Assembly (NCBI GenBank): GCA_964492605.1
Contig: CAZBLJ010000002.1
Location: 1 to 36,317, forward strand
DNA from: an uncultured Puniceicoccaceae bacterium
GTDB lineage: Bacteria > Verrucomicrobiota > Verrucomicrobiia > Opitutales > Puniceicoccaceae
Length of the DNA stretch: 36,317 nucleotides
Direction of reading: 5' to 3'
Part shown: in pieces, positions 35,268 to 36,317 of the stretch
How the letters are laid out: each line of letters starts with the position of its first letter
Position numbering within the stretch: the first letter of the stretch is position 1
Notes under the pieces: generated by a model
Told to the model about the DNA's origin: nothing
What the model saw: the letters and a program-made list of their open reading frames with translations, nothing else
Database searches by the model: none
Position numbers and translations under genes: made by a program

Positions 35268-36118
35268 TTCATCCCGTAGTAGCGTTTGTGTCCCCACAGC
35301 AGGAGGGATTCCGGAAGGCATTTGGCGAGCCAGGGAGCGATTCCGGCCTGAAAGCAGGTTCCCACCCGCAGCGTCCTCGATTTCCCGGCCAACAGCGCTT
35401 TTCGCACCGGAGGCCAGATCGTTGCCGGGTCCGCACCGTTCCGCAGGTGTTTTTCCAACGCTTCCCAGACTTCAGTCATCTCCCGGTCTCCCGATACGGT
35501 TTCCCGGCGGACCGCATTGTTGAAAGCGGTCCGATAATCGCCCGGCCGCAGGTCGATCACGAACGGATCTCCGTGCCGCCCGGGAAACTCCATGGCCAGG
35601 GATCGCGAGAATCCGGACAACCCTGCTTTGGCCGCGTTGTAACCGTGGAGAAACGGCAGGGGAAACTCCACCGCAAGGGAAGAAACATTGACCACCCCCC
35701 CACCCGCTTCGCGACCCGGCTCGGTCAGAAAGGAGCGGCTCAGCAGAACGGCCGAATCCAGCATCGCGGCAAGCTGGTGGGATAGATGCTCCGGCGGAAT
35801 CTCACCGAGCCGCCCGTATTCGCCGTAACCCGCGTTGTTGAAGAGGAGCGCCGGCGTCTCTTCCCACGGCGGAGATTTTAGAAAAGCGTGCACCTGTTGG
35901 CGGTCCGCCAAATCCATTTCGACCGGATGGATGCCTTCCGGCAGATCCTCCAACCGTTCCGCGGAACGGGAACCGGCCCAAACCTCCACCCCTTCGCGGT
36001 GTAGCGATTCAACGAATACCCGGCCCAAGCCGGAACTTCCGCCCGTAACAAAAGCCGAGGGAAACCGTTGGGCGAAAGCGGATGGGAGTAACGGAGCGCC
36101 TTCGAAGGTGGATGCCAT
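35264..36118 (-). CDS. Classical short-chain dehydrogenase/reductase
   Basis: Start MASTFEG. VTGGSSGLG, NNAG, NVSS, YNAAK, RPGDYRT. A TTGACA lies upstream at 36160-36155. Confidence 0.9.
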   Translation of the reverse strand: MASTFEGAPLLPSAFAQRFPSAFVTGGSSGLGRVFVESLHREGVEVWAGSRSAERLEDLPEGIHPVEMDLADRQQVHAFLKSPPWEETPALLFNNAGYGEYGRLGEIPPEHLSHQLAAMLDSAVLLSRSFLTEPGREAGGGVVNVSSLAVEFPLPFLHGYNAAKAGLSGFSRSLAMEFPGRHGDPFVIDLRPGDYRTAFNNAVRRETVSGDREMTEVWEALEKHLRNGADPATIWPPVRKALLAGKSRTLRVGTCFQAGIAPWLAKCLPESLLLWGHKRYYGMK

Positions 36119-36178
36119 GGGGGTAGGTTGGCCGTTTGCTTCGGGTTTTTCCAGTGTCAAACGGTGCCGCCCGAACCG

Positions 36179-36317
36179 AACGGGTTGGAAAACCCGTTCC
36201 CCCTTTTGAACGGGGAACGGACATTCCTGTCCGTTTGCAGTGCGGCACGGCCAACCAGCCAAACGGGTTGGAAAACCCGTTCCCCTTTGGAAACGGGGAA
36301 CGGACATTCCTGTCCGT
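36179..36317. repeat. Tandem REP/REPIN-like palindromic repeat (at least 2 units, 83-bp period, cut by the window edge)
   Basis: Units start at 36179 and 36262: AACGGGTTGGAAAACCCGTTCCCC-spacer-GGGGAACGGACATTCCTGTCCGT. Confidence 0.8.

Noticed and set aside
36179-36317. CRISPR array
   Set aside because: Hairpins alternate in orientation, spacers are short or irregular, and no cas genes are present.

Overview
High-GC bacterial chromosomal window. Gene content and protein style point to Verrucomicrobiota (probably Opitutia/Puniceicoccaceae); this is inferred, not looked up. From left to right: (1) a minus-strand envelope/signalling block: ECF sigma factor, anti-sigma-like/vWA (YfbK-type) protein with an inserted STN-like domain, a ~2,246-aa internally duplicated membrane protein, then exbB-exbD and a TonB/TolA-like gene cut by the window edge; (2) uvrB converging on rpsR-sua5-ATP-dependent DNA ligase; (3) a Planctomycetes/Verrucomicrobia-type (PVM, fucose/rhamnose) bacterial microcompartment operon: pduL, 3 BMC-H, acetate-kinase family, 3 BMC-P, aldehyde dehydrogenase, class II aldolase and LDH/MDH, with a signal-peptide-less sulfatase appended and no DeoR gene in place; (4) pilT-family, fabD, lepA, lepB and a SAM methyltransferase; (5) a good XerCD dif-like site at 32374-32401, with gene blocks converging on it; (6) an SDR-GT4-ABC(NBD-TMD) operon and REP-like hairpin repeats at the right edge. 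The best candidate for an undescribed system is the ECF / vWA-STN anti-sigma / giant duplicated protein module next to ExbBD-TonB. All family assignments come from motif recognition by eye; no searches were run.
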